Source: Chiloscyllium plagiosum
Taxonomy: Eukaryota
Length of the DNA stretch: 64,000 bases
Direction: 5' to 3'
NCBI RefSeq assembly: GCF_004010195.1
Contig: NC_057717.1
Coordinates: forward strand, 74,233,490-74,297,489
Part shown: positions 24,108 to 39,612 of the stretch, in pieces
How positions within the stretch are numbered: the first letter of the stretch is position 1
Layout of the letters: every line of letters begins with the position of its first letter
Translations under genes and position numbers: made by a program
The notes under the pieces: model-generated
Database searches by the model: none
What the model was told of the DNA's origin: nothing
The model's input: the letters and a program-made list of their open reading frames with translations, nothing else

Positions 24108-26869
24108 TACACATCAAGTATGCACGTACAGACCTGTTTCAAATGGTAATTGGTCTTCGTTTTCTTTCAACATATTTGAAAGGCAGGTCGTGGTAAACAA
24201 ATAACAGAACAGATTTCTGGGTATTCAATTTAACAGCTTGATGCAGGTCACATTCGTCTGGTCAGTAGGAGATCCTCTCCTTCCACGTGTTTTTTATGTT
24301 CCAGAAAGCAATAACTTTATCAACCCATGCACGTACAAGTAATCCTTAGCAGTTTGTAGAATGAAAGCATTTTTGTTTCTGCAACCTCTCATGCAACAAC
24401 ATTACCTCTTCACTCCCTCTCAAGTCTGCTCTTTTTTTTCTCTCACACAGTGTTAACTTTCGCAAAGTACTCAGTAGTACTGTTTGGAAGGCAATGAATC
24501 GTACTTTACTGCGCCCGTCGCGAATTTTACGTACAGAGTAAAATTCAGTTGCAGGACCTGTGCTGCAGGAACGTTGCACACTCAATTGGTTGAGACAATA
24601 ACCAACAACACCATTTTCATTTACGGTCAATGTAAAATATCACCTGGCCTCTACATTCTCGAAAAATGCAAGTGAGTTTCTTCATCTGTCTGGGAAGAAA
24701 ATATCACGACCCGCATCATTGCAAGAAAACTTCTAATTATTTATAAATCAGTGTGAGACATAATTTTGCAAACATTCGCTGCCAAAAGCACTGCATTAGA
24801 ACAATGATGCGATTTCAGATTGTTTACCTATGAGGCGCTTTGACTTTTCTTTGTGACATAAATACAGATCTGCCTTATCACTCCTCTGTGTTTTTGGCCT
24901 CGTTGTTGTAAAGAATTGAGCTCAATGAAAGAAGTACCTGAAATTCATTTGGAACTTCAAAGCGATTATTAAAACCGTTTTCTTTTTGCTGACAGCAAAT
25001 AATATAAATTGCAAAGCAGCTAACGAACAGTTTCAATTTGTGTTAAGAAATGAATAAATTACTAAATTGCTTGTGGCAGTTTCTGTGTTGTGTACACTAT
25101 GCTTGTATTCTAAAACTGGACGAGGAAGAATATACTGTGAATATAAAAAATGTGTTATGGGTTTGATAGCTAAAGCATGGGCGCAAAGCCTACTGTAGTT
25201 ATTGGTTTGAAGATCAAGGTCGAGGAATAAGGCATTGAACAGAGGTTCAAAACGTTGCACTGAATGTTAGTTATATTGAATACTGATTCCTGGGATGTTA
25301 GGACTGATATCTGACTAGAAACTGGATTGGTTAGTACTGTATTCATTGGAATAGATGGATGAGAGGAGGATCTCTGGAAATAAATCTTTGCAGTTCTAAC
25401 AGGACTAGACAGGGTAAAAGCAGGAAGGATGTGCCTGATGAAAAGGTCATACGAACACTACTTCCTGAAAAAGTGAAGGTGAGTTTCCCAGATTGGCTTA
25501 GAAATGGCTCCACTGGCACAGTTGGAAGCAAACTTATTATTAGCGCATTTGTGCTGTAAGCTAGCTTTGCAAGCATTCACTGCTGTCTAAATGCATTAGG
25601 TGGACGGTGACTTTTCAGATGCTACGCCCTGTCTGTAAGGTGTTTTTGAACTTCCTTTACAAAATAGATACAGATCAGATTAACCTCTATTCCATGCTTT
25701 ACTCCTTGTTGTTGTTATACATTCGCACCAATGTACCGGTACTTCACATTGGTTTGGAAGTTTACAGCAGGCACAATATTTATTCAGTCTTATTTTGCTT
25801 ACAGTAAATAGTGAAGTTATAAATTAAACTATCGATTATTTATATTTTGCATTAAGAAATTAGTAAGTTCTGAAATTTCTTGTGACAGCAACTAGACTTT
25901 TCTACAAAGTCATAAAAATCCGTGATCATAAAAACTCTTCAGCCCATCACATCCACGTCACGTGAAAACAATTACTGAAGTATTCTAATCCTATTTTCCT
26001 GCATTTGACCTACAGCCTTGTATGAATTTAATTTTAAAATTTGACGTGAGAATGAATATATAGCTTTTTTAAATTTGTTCAGTAAATTTTATAACTACCC
26101 CACCGATGAGAAACCTACTTTTAGTTATTCCTATTTGAAAGAATAATGAACTGCAGAATAGTGGTTAGGTTACATTTGGTTAGGATTGCATTGATTAGAA
26201 TTTAGTAGAAAATGAGGGGGCGTTCTTCAGAAAGTTTTTCAACGACGACGCAGGGTGAACACAAACATATTTCCCAGAATTTTGCTCCATATGTCAGTGA
26301 AAGAAAGGCTGTACAGAATTACCATGTGTATTGTGCATCAATTCTAATAACCCCATTCACAGTAGCTGTGCATGCCAAGCAGGAGTAACATATGTCCATG
26401 TGCATATTTTCTCAAGTGTAAAGGCAATAAAATACAGTCATCAATCTATGTATGCTTGGGAATGCGATTGTAACAATTGATCTCGCACCATTTCTCAGAT
26501 AAAAGGAATACTTTTGTACTTGAATTATATTTGCATGTTAGCTCATTATAACGCGATAAAATGTACATCTATGCATTTACTTTCTATATTTGACTCAATT
26601 TAAATATACCAGGAAAAAATTTTAAAGACGTAGTTTTGAATGAATATGATAATCATTGGTTAAAGAAATTATGTCAATTGCTCTTCTGGAAGGCAATACT
26701 CTCACAAGTAGCCTATTGAGATTGTTGATTGCCATATTGGACTTATTGCAATAAATGTTGAAATGATTGTATCTTCAATTGCTGATGACGGACGTAGAGG
26801 GGTATAAAACCTATTATCTGTGTCACATGGATATAATAATCAATGCACAAGAGAAAAACGTTTTATGAT

Positions 26870-27565
26870 TGTGTTAGAACAAAGAAACAGACCCTCCAAG
26901 CCTGTGCCGATCCAGATCACTTTCTAAACCAGTTACCTAGTTTCTAAAGGTGTGTATCCCTCTGTTCCATGCTCATCCACGTATCTGTCTAAATACATCT
27001 TAAATGATGCTATCGTGCCCACTTCTATCACCTCTGCTGGTAACGCATTCCAGGCACCCACCACCCTCTGTGTAACGAACTTTCAACGCATATCTCCCCT
27101 AAACCTTTCCCTCTCAGTTCGAACTCGTGACCCCTAGTAATTGAGTCCCCCACTCTGGAAAAAATCTTCTTTCTATCCAGCCTGTATATACCTCCCATGA
27201 TTATGTAGACCTCAATCAGCCCCCCCCCACCCCCCTTAACCTCCGTCTTCCTGATGAAAATAATCCTAATCTACTCAACCTCTCTTCATAACTAGTGCCC
27301 TCCATACCAGGCAACATCCTGGTGAACCTCCTCTGTATCGTCTCCAAAGCATCCGCATCCTTTTGGTAATGTGGCGACCAGAACTGTACACAGTATTCCA
27401 AAAGTGGCTGAACCAAAGTCTTATACAACTGTAACATGACCTGCTAACTCTTGTACTCAATATCCCATCCGATGAAGGAAAGCATGCTGTGTGCTTCTTA
27501 ACCACTCTATTGATCTTCGTTCCCACCTTCAGGAAACAGTGGACCTGAGCACCCAGATCGCTCTG
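26870..27565 (-). mobile_element. CR1 3' fragment
   Basis: MLQLYKTLVQPLLEYCVQFWSPHYQKD... Confidence 0.85.
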
Positions 27566-29409
27566 TTTATTTGTTAAACTGAACTTAAACACTATACACG
27601 AAAATACACAAATATAAAAATTCAGTTTACAATGAATTGCAAGATTTTTTAGAACGGAACTAATCTACAAAGGAAAATAGTTTTCTCTATGAGTTGTGAC
27701 GTAAATTATTGGCGTTGTGTGCTCTCTTGGAGCTGCACCAAACTTCGGTTTGGCCACAGCTGTAGGACAGGTGCACTACAGGTGCACTGCTCGTCACACT
27801 ACAAGACGGATGCTACTGAACTGGAAGTAGTGAAGAGGAGATCCACGACGATTCTGCCAGAGTCTCAGCATTATACCTGTGAAGATGCACTGGAAAGGCT
27901 TCAGTTGTTTTCTTTACAGCAGAGAAGGCTGAGGAGTGGGCATGCTTGAGTTGTGTAAGGGGCATGGCGAGGATGGGTAGGAAGCAGCTGTCCCACTTTG
28001 TTCAAAGGTCAATATCGATGAAGCATAACTTTCAGGTGACGGGCAAGAAGCTTATAGAGGGTTTGAGGAAAATGGCTTTATCATTGTGGGATGTGGGAAA
28101 AACAGTGTTACTTCTGCAATTACATTTACTTATACAAAGTAAATGAACTCACACCAGTGTGTAATTGTTGTAGCCAAGAGCTGAGTCAACAAGAATGAAA
28201 ACTATGTGGAGGAAATACATAATTGTTTGTGTATTAGCTAAAATTGTATGCCAGAATGAAACGTGACTGTAAAACAATGGTAGATATTACAGGCGAATAG
28301 ATAAGATGCTGTGAGGGGAGGAAGTTAAGCTAGATACGCCTGTACAAACAGTAGGTATAAACATCTGTTTCCCACTTTTACAGAAATACAGGAACAAACC
28401 CCAATTAAAAGGGTCATGAGGATCAGGGGAAGGTACAGATGGAGTGAGTAGATAATGGTGAAGAAAGAACATGCCTAACAATGACCAAGAGTAAAATAAA
28501 TGACACTACTGATTCAGATTTTGTCTCAGACTGCAATTATTGACGTGTGTGAGCTTTGTTTCTCACATCAGGAAGGTATTGGATGTCTGGAATCCACTCC
28601 CTGTGAATGTATAGAAGCAGGAACCTCGTGAATTTTAGAAAATGCTTGAATGAGCGCTTCAAATGCTTTAGGCCAAGTGCAGGAGTGCTGGATTATTTTA
28701 GGTGCGTGGGCAGAGACACAATCGATCAACGGTCTTCTTCTGTGCTGTACGACTGCATGATTCTTTCATTATTTGAGTCATGTCCTGAACAAGATAAACA
28801 CAGAGGAAACAAAAACCATAAATTGGTGTTGATGATTAAAAGTAAGTGAAGTTGCCTTTGTCCCAGTGGACTATTTTATCATCCGACTGCTTTAACCAAA
28901 GGTCACCAAACCGAAGGCGAGGACCAATGTCAAGAATGTGAACTCTTCATGGAAATCTCAACTCGAATGGAAATCGCAGTATGTTGCATCAGAAGCCAGT
29001 CATCCAGCTAACTGAGATACCTAACTCCAAGACTGACAATCAAGGAACTTTGGAACAACGTCAAAGATATCGTTAAATTGGGAACAATAATGAATGCAGC
29101 ATATGATATACTTCATTGGCCAACTGAACATTAACATTGCTAGTACATATATTTTATTGATTGTGAGAAACAAAACATTAGCTCTGGAGATGGTCTGAAA
29201 ACAAAAGAAATCTCCCAATTCAATAATTAAGGATTTTTTTAAATTCACATGTTATGATATATTTGTGTGTACAATAATACTCTTCATTTTTAGATAATGC
29301 TGAACAGTTACTGTTCATTACTCATTGTATAATAACATAATCAGTTGGTTTATTTCTTTAAATTGGTGATGATAACAATTGAATGTTAATAATCCAATGT
29401 TCGGGACAG

Positions 29410-32148
29410 AGTTCCGAAAAAAAACAGGCAAGACGTATTGAGGACTCATTGGTATTTTCAAAGGTGTTTTGCAGTCATTTTTTAAAAAATAATCTAACCA
29501 TTCAAATGGAAATGACTGCGTTAGTCCAACAGTGGAAATGGAATCCACAAATTTAAATCTCTTGCCAAACACACAAACATACTGACCTACCAGAAGACTA
29601 GTTTAGAAATTCATACCATATGTTACCAAAGAATATTGAAAACTATTCCTTAAGTGTTTTTTTTTTTAATTGTAGACCAACGTGGAAAATTTACTATTTT
29701 GAAACTGCGATTGAATGGCTGCACTTTATGGAGGCATGGTGGCTCAGTGGTTAACAATTCCGGGTTTGCTTCAAAATTTCGGTGACTGTGTGGAATTTGC
29801 ACATTCTCCCTGTGTCTGCATTTACTCTGGTTCCCTCCCACAATCCAAACATGTACAGGTTAGATGGATTGGCCATGCTATAGTGTGCAGGTGTGAGAAA
29901 TACAAGGGTAGGGTGGTGGAGCTGGGTGAGATACTATTCAGTTCGGCCGAATGTCCTGCTTCCACACTGTAGAGATTCTATGTTCTGCTCGTGAACTTAC
30001 TGAAACACATTGTAAGTTCTGTTTACCATGTTTCTTCAAAATAATCTGCTTGGAGACGGGCTAGCACCAATGCGTCTTTCTACAAAGTATGATTCGGCAG
30101 GCAACAAGTAGTCGGCTGGATGTCGTTAAAATCTGGGTAATGCAGACCATAGGGTTCAAAATGCCGTCTTATTATCACATTGGAAGTTGAACAAGTTGTG
30201 AGCATTGGCAGAAACTTCTGGATGTGTTAATATTCATTGGCCATTTTCCCCAATATATATGTAAAGATAAAAACAGTCAGTGTTCTTTCTTTATCCAATA
30301 TTGCATGTTATAACTATAATCAGTAACGAACAAAAATTAGATAAAGGGAAACTTGCAAAGAATATGGGATTGTGAAATTGAAGAATAACAAATCCTGGCA
30401 GACGATGTGATCTTTTGAGTGAACTATGGACTGGGACCGTTGAACCGTATTCGCATTGACAGTAACAAATGCATTTTTTTCTTTTTGATCTGCTTCTCTC
30501 TGTATGCATGCCTCAGCCAATTTTAGAAGGAAATTAGAATTTACAAGGGAAGAGTTACAAGTCGACAGTTCTTCGTTGTTTACCTGTAGTTAGAATCAAT
30601 TTATCTGCGTAAAGAACAAGTACAAAACCTGATCCTTTTCTCTCTCTCTCTCTTGACCTAATTTCGGTTGAAAGTTAAATGGGAGAATTTTATGTGAATT
30701 GAGAAAATTTTAAAACTGGAGATAGTTCCAAAATTAAAGGCTTCTATTTCCAGGAAGCCAGACAAATAATGCGTGAAAAAAAGTTGGAGGCTTATCTGGG
30801 CTGCATTTTGAAACAACCTAACAAGAATGCTGGTTAGTTATTAGTACGAAAAAAGATAAATAAAAACGCAGGTTCTTACCTGCATTTACTAAATAGCACC
30901 ACAAATTGCAACCAATTTGTTGGATGTAGCAGATTTGTCCCTGACAGTCCTAAGTGACCTTTCAAACTCAAATGGGGTTGAATTGGTAGGAAAACTAGAG
31001 GCAACATATCACCAAATTAGAAAGGCGATCATAATACGGACACAAACCCAAAATTCCAGTTTTGGAGAAATACAAGAGAGACCAGGTACTCTGGATCCTA
31101 ACACATATAATTTTGACAGTTGCATATTAATATTAGTAGCTTCAATCACATATGAAGTCCTTAGTGAAATTGTTCTCGAAGGGGAATTGGTAAAATCATT
31201 ACCTTACATCATGTAAAAAAAGTTTTGAAAATCAAAATCTTGCAACTGATGGACATAAAAAAATGACTGAGGATAATTTTTTAACCTACAAAGCTTAGCC
31301 ACACGGTTCCTCCTCAGATCAGAAATGAAATATTGAGGGTGGAAGTGAAAATTGAAAGCAGAATTGTTTCTTTTGTGAAAAGGTGGGGCATCTTCATCAG
31401 AGGGTTTGAGTTGCGAGAAATTTGCAGGAGAATTATCAGAGCATGGAAAAAAGAATGTCAAAAGGAAACTCAAAATGAAAATGCCAGGGGATATGTTTTA
31501 GTTTTTAATTTCGTTATACCCAAGAACCTGGTGGGAGTCGCATCTATTAACGCGAGTTGTTATGTACATAAGGGATGAGAGATATGAGGGCGTTTTATCT
31601 GACTGGAATAAAATACTTTTGTTTCTTCAATTGAAGCAGCCAAGCCCATTCGTAGACTAAGGGTTCAGGGGCTGTAGAAATTTGCTTACTGGGAAAGAAT
31701 TCAGTTTGGCCTCCATAGATTTCAATAAAATTCAAAGTATTAGGAATTTAGGAATGAGAGTGGGCCGTTTAGCCAATCGACGTCGTCCTCAATTCAATGG
31801 GATTCTAAGTGACCAAACACTTCAATGGCGTTTAGACGTCCTGTTCCTAAAATCACATGTACCATCGCCAAAAAGAAGTCTACCAATCTTTAACTTAAAC
31901 ATACTCAAAGACTGAGTCTTCACAGCCAAAAGATCCAGCTCTCAGGCAAACTCCACAGAGTAACGACGCTCTCCCAGTTAAAAAAGAAGCCCTATTGATC
32001 TGTGGAGTTGCAATCACTGTCAATTTACCGCAGATGCTTAATGCTTCCATTAGCAACCGGCTTTGCGTTTCTAACCATTAATTCTAATCCCAGCTGCCTC
32101 ACAAATGTAGAGTGCAACTGAAATGTATGCAGTTTCTCCGTAATGCAG
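29410..32148. repeat. Segmental duplication copy A (paralogous to 41590-44255)
   Basis: Colinear diverged homology including a shared SINE and shared degraded gag-like sequence. Confidence 0.88.
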
Positions 32149-35100
32149 GATAGTTCATGAAAAGCAAAGCAGGTCCCACTGTTCAAACCCAATGCCGTTT
32201 GTGCGGGTGTGTCCTGTTCTGAGATTTAAATACTCACAAGCAGAACCAGCCACTTCGACGACCGTTGCACAATCAAAAGATGAATCCAGTGTGCAATTTT
32301 CGGGTCCAAGTTTGTTAAGGCGATGGACATCAAATGGCTAGGGTCAGGTGGGTAGTGCATCATGTTGCCAGATCTGCTGAGTCTATTTGATAGATAGGTG
32401 GCATGTCGAGAAATAGAATGTGGAAGTTTGTTCAGTGGGTAAAATGACAGATTAACATGGTCTCTGAATGCAACCCGTTATCGCCGCCCTCTATCTCCTA
32501 CCTTCAAGTCAATTATGTGTCCAATTTGCTCCCTACCTCTGGATGTAATCAAACCTTACTAATTAGTATACCTTGCATAATCTAGTCAACGTTTTTCTGA
32601 AGTCCATAAAGGCAATGTCTATCCTCTGCCTTCATCAATCTTCCATCACCATTCACAGTTGGATGTGGTAGGACTGCAGAGATTATCACTGATCTACCTG
32701 GCTGTCAGATTGCTTAGTTTTGTTTATCATTATTGCTTATTCAGAAATTAAGTAATTAGGCATAAAGTTGGCAAATGGGGTATAGTGTGGCGTAGTGTGA
32801 AATTGTTCATTTCCGAATGGAGAATAAAAGTACAGTGTCAAATTTAAATGGAGCAACACAAATGGACTGGTGGGATATTTGTGCACGAAACACAGTGTGA
32901 AAAAGCTACTCCTTTAGCAAGGCTACGCAGTCCTTGGCCTTTTAAAAAGGACGTTGTAAGTGACACAGACTCCGAAAGGTCTGGAGGTGAACGCTTTAGG
33001 GAAATTTTGACAGTAACTAACAGAGGCTGCTTCAGGCAGAAGATTGAAATATTTTTTTAAAATGCAATGAAATGGGAGTGGCCAATTCTCCTAGCTCAGC
33101 TTTTCTCCTTTTTTTAACAATAGTGTGAAAAAGAGCTGCTGGATCCACAGAAGCAGGTCCAGCCTGTTACTCTCTCTCTGACTTCTATCCTGCAAGAACT
33201 TCCATTTTATTTGACCTTTGGTGTCAAAGTATTTGGAACAGCATCATTAAGTTGGGATGATCTGTTGGGTTTTCAGAGAGTTTAAGTTATTTGGTACTCT
33301 GTTTTCTGTTGTTTGAGTTCATTCAGTAATCTTGTAAATAAAGTCTGTTTTATTTAAAACTAAGTGGTTTGACCAGCTGATTCTCTCCTGGAATAAACAC
33401 TTTAAACGTCCTTAAAACAATGAAAAATGTTAGGGTCTGCGCTCCCTTTTTGAAATGTTTTGAGGGGTCTGGCCTGGTCTATAATAGGCTGGAGGCTCGT
33501 TCGGGATTTGTTCTGTAGTTCCAAATTGGGATTAGAGTTGCTGGACTTGAAGGCAGTGAGTGGTAGGCGTTAGTATGTTTTGTTTTGGGTGTAGATTTTG
33601 GTTGGTTGAAACAGTGCTTGGAATAGCAATTGCTTTTTCCATTACCAATAATTTTCTGGGGGTTTTGCAAAAGGTGATTAAGGCCCAGATGCTGGAATGA
33701 GCAGACAAGCTGGAGTTGGATCCGGTTCCTTCCACGAGGAAAGGAGAGTTAATTACAGCAGTAGCACAGCATTTAAATTTGCTGGAAACGCCATCAGAAT
33801 CTTTAGAGATGGCTACAATTCAATTCAAAGTGAAGCAGCTTGAGTTAGAAGCAAAAGACAAGAAATTATGATGAAAAGCAGAAAAGAAATAAAAAGAGAG
33901 TGAGTTTGAAGTTCGGAAATTTGCACTTAGATAGGAGTTCAAATATTTTCTTTCTGAAGTAGTGAGAGGTCGTGTGGAATAGAAGAGAGTTAAAACGGCA
34001 AGATTGGCAACTGAAATGGCTGATGATTGTGAATTGGCCCAGAAAGCAAAGTTTGGCTTCCAGAATCAATTTCAATCCATGAGGGATAAAGGTTGGGGGA
34101 AAAGGAAATACATGGAAAGGGAAAGATAGATCTCAGTGAAGATCACAAGGATAACTTACCACAGGTTAAAAAGGAAACCATTGAAGGGGACAGAAAAGTT
34201 AAGAAAACTCCGATGTTTTTTTCTGCATTACAGTAGTCCACATGAAATCACAGTATTGGTGGGAAGATAGATGTAGGAAAACAGGATAAGCCACTGAATT
34301 TTGTTGTGGTGATAACAGAAAGTACAGTGGAGGCCAGAAAGCTGCACAAGAATGTACAAGCTGGTCGGAGGTTAGTTGAAGAGGAAGTGCCAGATCTTCA
34401 AAAACCATTAACCTATGAAGGTAAAGTTTACTCTCATAGACCATGGGCAGAAGGCAAAGAGGTTACCATATTAAGAGAAACAAGATCCTCTCTGTATGTG
34501 ATGCTGAAAGATCAGGAGATGTGCACTTCTGAAGGACTATTGTCAGAAATGTACTAGTAACGGGAATTCACGGTGAGACAAAAAGTGATCAATTATGTAA
34601 AGTGAGGTTAGACTCTTCATTGAGGAGTGGAGAATTCGTGGTAGGAGTACTGGACAAACTCTCAGTTCCAGGATTACAATTTGTCCTTGTTAATGATATA
34701 GCTGATTCACCAGCAGGAGTGCTGCCTATTGTGGTTGAAAAGCCGATGGAAACTCAGGCAACTGAGCTATTGCAGGACACATCTCCTGGAATTTTCTTGA
34801 CAGTGTGGTAACGAGGTCTCAAAGTCATCATTTGAAACTGGAGACATCAAAGTATACAGATCAGAAAGTTGAGTGGAATTAGCAGAGACCCTGTTTGATC
34901 GGATGTTTGGTACAAGTGAGGAGCAGATAGATAATAATGCAGATATCTTTAGCTCAGATAAATTAATTGAGTTACAGCAGAAAGATGAAACATAAAGCAA
35001 TTGTCTCAAAAGACATACACAAAAGGAATCCGAATGTATTCCGGAATGTTATTATCTTAAAAATGATGTCTTAATGAGGGAATGGAGGCCATCACATATT

Positions 35101-37038
35101 CAGGTAGATGAGATATGGACAGAGGTTCATCAAATCCTTATTGCCAGTGGATTATAGAAAGGAGGCGTTGTGAGTGGCGTATGAGCTACTACTCGGGGGT
35201 CATTTAAGAATGAGAAAAACTCAAACTAAAATACAAAAACATTTTTACTGGCCTGTATCGCACAAGGATGCATTTGAGTTATGGTAGATGTGTTATACAT
35301 GTCAGATAATTGGAAAAGAACAGGCAGTAATAAAACCCACTCAATACCAATTCTTGTATTTGCGAAACCTTTTACAAGAGATTGAATTGAGTGTGTAGGT
35401 CATCTACCTCAAACAAAAAGTGGAAATCAGTATTGGTTACCAATAATGGATGTGTTGACTAGGTTTCCAGAGGCCATTCCGTTATTCAATATCACAGCTG
35501 AAAGGATTGTAGAGGAATTACACAATTTTTCAGTAGGTATGGACTACTGACAGAGATACAATCAGGTCAAGGGTAAAACTTTACATCAAAATTAATCAAG
35601 GAAGTTATGGACATCTTAGAAATAAAATAATTCAAATCTACTGCGTACCATCCAGAATAGTAGGGAGTGCTACAAAGGTGGCATCAGACATTAAAGACCA
35701 TGTTGAGGGCTTATAGTCAAGATAACCAATGATTTGGAGAAGGGAATTGTTTCCTTTTTTTGCAATCAGAGATGCACTAAATTAATCGATCAAATTCAGA
35801 CCATTTGAATTGTTTTTGAGCATGACATGAGAGGACCATTAAAATTAAAATTAACAAAGAACAAATGACTAAGTCAGAATTCAGAGACTACATATTTGGA
35901 CTATGTGTCAAATTTTAGGGAGTGATTAAATAGAGATGGGTAGTTGGCTAGACAGCATTTAAAAGTATCACGGCATCCAATGAAACAGGAAGCAGAAAAT
36001 AAATCAAACATTCACCATTTTGCTATCGGGGATAAGATAGCAATCGGTGATACTGTAGCGATACGTGATACTGTAAAACGATACTGCAGCGATATGTGAT
36101 ACTGTAAAATGAATGTTTAGTGGAGCTTATTAAATTGAAAGAAGATTGAGTGAGATGAACGATTTGATAAGACTGCCAAAGAGAAGGAAATCTCACAGAT
36201 TGTCATGTGAATATGCTCAAAAGGTATTTGGATAGAAAGGAAATTAAAAGGAGAAGGTGTAACTGATTACAACACAGAACGAAGAACCAAGTTCAGAGCA
36301 TTCTGAATTGGACATTCCTCAATTTAAATTGGGCAATGATGAAGTTCTCCAAAATTGGGATAAATTAATGAGCTACCTTCCAGAAGAAAATCGGTGTGGA
36401 CTTGTTGGGCTGAAGGGCCTGTTTCCACACTGTAAGTAATCTAATGTCTCCACAAGAAAACCAGAGCAAGGAAATAAGTACTCATCTAACTAATCTAATA
36501 ACGCACGATGTAGATGTAGTAAATGTTGTTCTGATTAAGCAGCATAATTTTAGATTTAACACTCTAAATTTAGCACAACTTCAAAAAGAGACTGACACAC
36601 GCTCAAAAACAACATAATCAAAGTGAGTTGCAGTGACTGGAGCTCACCTATAGTAATAATACCAAAACCAGATGCTACCGAATGATTATGTGTAAACTAT
36701 CACAAAGGTTACGAAGCCTGAATCATATCTGATTCCATGTTAAGAAGTCTGTATTGCGAAGGTGGGACAAGCAACTTATATTTCTAAGTTGGAGTTACTC
36801 AGAGGATACTGGCAAGTACCTTTATCAGAAAGAAGGACGATTTCAACTTTCGTGACACCACTTGGAATATACCAATGTAAAGTCATGCGATTTGGTATAA
36901 AAATGTATCATCCACATTTCAAAGACTAATTAATCAAGTCATTTCTGGAGTAAACAATTGTGTGATTTACATTGATGACCTGGTGATTTTCATACATACA
37001 CAGCAGGAATATTTGCAATATTTATTGGAATCGTTTGA

Positions 37039-38560
37039 GGTGGATAAATCCACAAGACCGATCAGGTATACCCGAGAACTCTGTGGGAAGCCAGAGATGG
37101 GATTGCTGAGCCTCTTGCCGAGATATTTGTATCATTGATAGTCACAGGTGAGGTGCCGGAAGACTGGAGGTTGGCAAACGTGGTACCACTGCTTACGAAG
37201 GGCGGTAAAGGCAAGCCAGGGAACTATAGACCAGTGAGCCTGACTTCAGTGGTGGGCAAGTTGTTGGAGGGAATCCTGAGGGATAGGATGTACATGTATT
37301 TGGAAAGGCAAGGACTGATTAGGGAATGCAACATGGCTTTGTGCGTGGGCAATCATGTCTTAAACTTGATTGAGTTTTTTGATGAATTAACAAAGAAGAT
37401 TGATGATGGCAGAGCAGTAGTTGTGATCTATATGGACTTCAGTAAGTCGTTCGACGAGGTTCCCCATGGGAGACTGAGTAGCAAGGTTAGATCTGATGGA
37501 ATAAAAGGAGAACTAGCCATTTGAATACAGAACTGGCTCAAAGGGAGAAGGCAGAGGGTGGTGGTGGAGGGTTGATTTTCAGACTGGAGGCCTGTGACCA
37601 GTCGAGTGCCACAAGGATCAGTGCTGGGTCCTCTACTTTTTGTCATTTACATAAAGGATTTGGATGCGAGCATAAGAGGTACAGTTAGTAAGTTTGCAGA
37701 TGACACCAAAATTGGAGGTGGACAGCGAGGATGGTTACCTCAGATTACAACAGGATCTGCACAAGATGGGCCAATGGGCTGAGAAGTGGCAGATGGAGTT
37801 TAATTCAGATAAATGCGAGGTGCTGCATTTTGGGAAAGCAAATCTTAGCAGGACGTATACACTTAATGGTAAGATCCCAGGGAGTGTTGCTGAATAAAGA
37901 GACCTTGGAGTGCAGGTTCATAGCTCCTTGAACGTGGAGTCGCAGGCAGATAGGATAGTGAGAAGGTGTTTGAAGAAGGTGTTTGGTATGCTTTCCTTTA
38001 TTGGTCAGAGTATTGAGTACCGGAGTTGGGAAGTTATGTTGTGGCTGTACAGGACATTGGATTGGCCACTGTTGGAATGTTGCCTGCAATTCTGGTCTCC
38101 TTCCTATCGAAAAGATGTTGTGAAAGTTGAAAGGGTTCAGAAAAGATTTACAAGGATGTTGCCAGGGTTGGAAGGATTTGAGCTATAGAGGGAGGTTGAA
38201 CAGGCTGGGGCTGTTTTCCCTGGAGCGTCGGAGGCTGAGCGGTGACCTTATAGAGGCTAGAGGGCATAGGTTTAGGGTGAGAGGGGAATGCTATAAAAGA
38301 GACCTAAGGGGCAACATTTTCATGCAGAGGGTGGTACGTGTATGGAATGAACTGCCAGAGGAAGTGGTGGAGGCTGGTACACTTGTAACATTTAAGAAGC
38401 ATTTGGATGGGTATATGAATGGGAAGGGTTTGGAGGGATATGGGCCAGGTGCTGGCAGGTGTAACTAGATTGTGTTGGGACATCTAGTCGGTATGGACGG
38501 GTTGGACCGATGGGTCTGTTTCCATGCTGTACATCTCTATGATTCTTTGACTCTATGACT
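37039..38560 (+). mobile_element. 5'-truncated CR1 LINE nested in the Gypsy RT
   Basis: [33 protein letters not shown]; (ctctatga)n tail; Gypsy RT continues on both sides. Confidence 0.9.
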
Positions 38561-39612
38561 TTGCGAGGCCAGGCTAACAGTGAACTCGCAAAAGCCCAGT
38601 GTTCTTGGGCCATATTATTGGACATGGACAGATTTCACCCTGACATATGAAAACAAAAGTTATTGCGAAGTTTCCCATAATATCGATGAAGAGGGCAGAC
38701 TACAATTTCTGGAATTCAGTGAGTTTTATGAGAAGTTCGTACTGAATTCCAGCAGTGTGGTTGCTCCACTGATTGATTTAATGAAGATGTGCAGAAAACT
38801 TCAGTCGACGACAGACTGTCAGAAGACATTTCAAAGCTGGAAATCTGTGTTAACCATGCCCCAGTAGTAGCCATACTTAATTACGCAAAACCATTCGAAG
38901 TGACTACCGACGTGAGGGATCTGGGTATTGGTGCTGTAGCTGATGAAAGAACAGTGCTCCAATTGTTTGCATTTTCAAATAAACTTTAACCTGGTATTGT
39001 GTGACTTTTAACATTACAAGAAGATGATGAGAAGACAGAAAGATCTATTGGGGATTCTTCCAGAAAATTGAATGCTTATCAACAGAAGCATTGGATGATT
39101 GAGAAGGAAATCTGAGCCTGTTGTTGGGTTGCAACATTTCAACATTGATATTGCCAGTAATGTGTCTGAGACAATTCTATATACTGATCATTGTCCACTA
39201 AAATGTTTGGAGAAATCTAAGGACAATAATTCCAGACTGTTTAACTGCAGCTTATCATTGCAGCGATTCATTTTGAAAATTATAAGCGCGGCAGGTTGTA
39301 AAAACGTAATCGTAATAGGGAAAGGCTTAGGTTTAAGGCTTGGGTTAGAGTTCGAGGCGTTGTTATGAGTTTAATTAAGAAAGACAGGGGCGTCCGGTGC
39401 CGGGGGTAAACGGACAGAAGTCGAATATAATAGTGAACGTTTGCATGCTTAGTTTCTAGGTTCTTTTAGCTGTTGCGGGTAGAAGTCTCAGAAAAGTTAG
39501 AAACTTCAGTATTTTTTTCCTAGCTTAAAATTTCACTGAAATCTCCTTGATGGTTTTTTTCTCCTGGTTTGGAGAATTGCAAGTCAGTCTGTGCCTGAAT
39601 TTGCGTGGTTTC

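Noticed and set aside
24446-24452. Perfect CACAGTG upstream of the leader
   Set aside because: No nonamer at 12 or 23 spacing, and the position is wrong for an RSS.
30917-31578. Paired ORFs shared with 43046-43560 as a host gene
   Set aside because: Stops and frameshifts differ between copies; they resemble degraded Gypsy gag (ELxxKLE).
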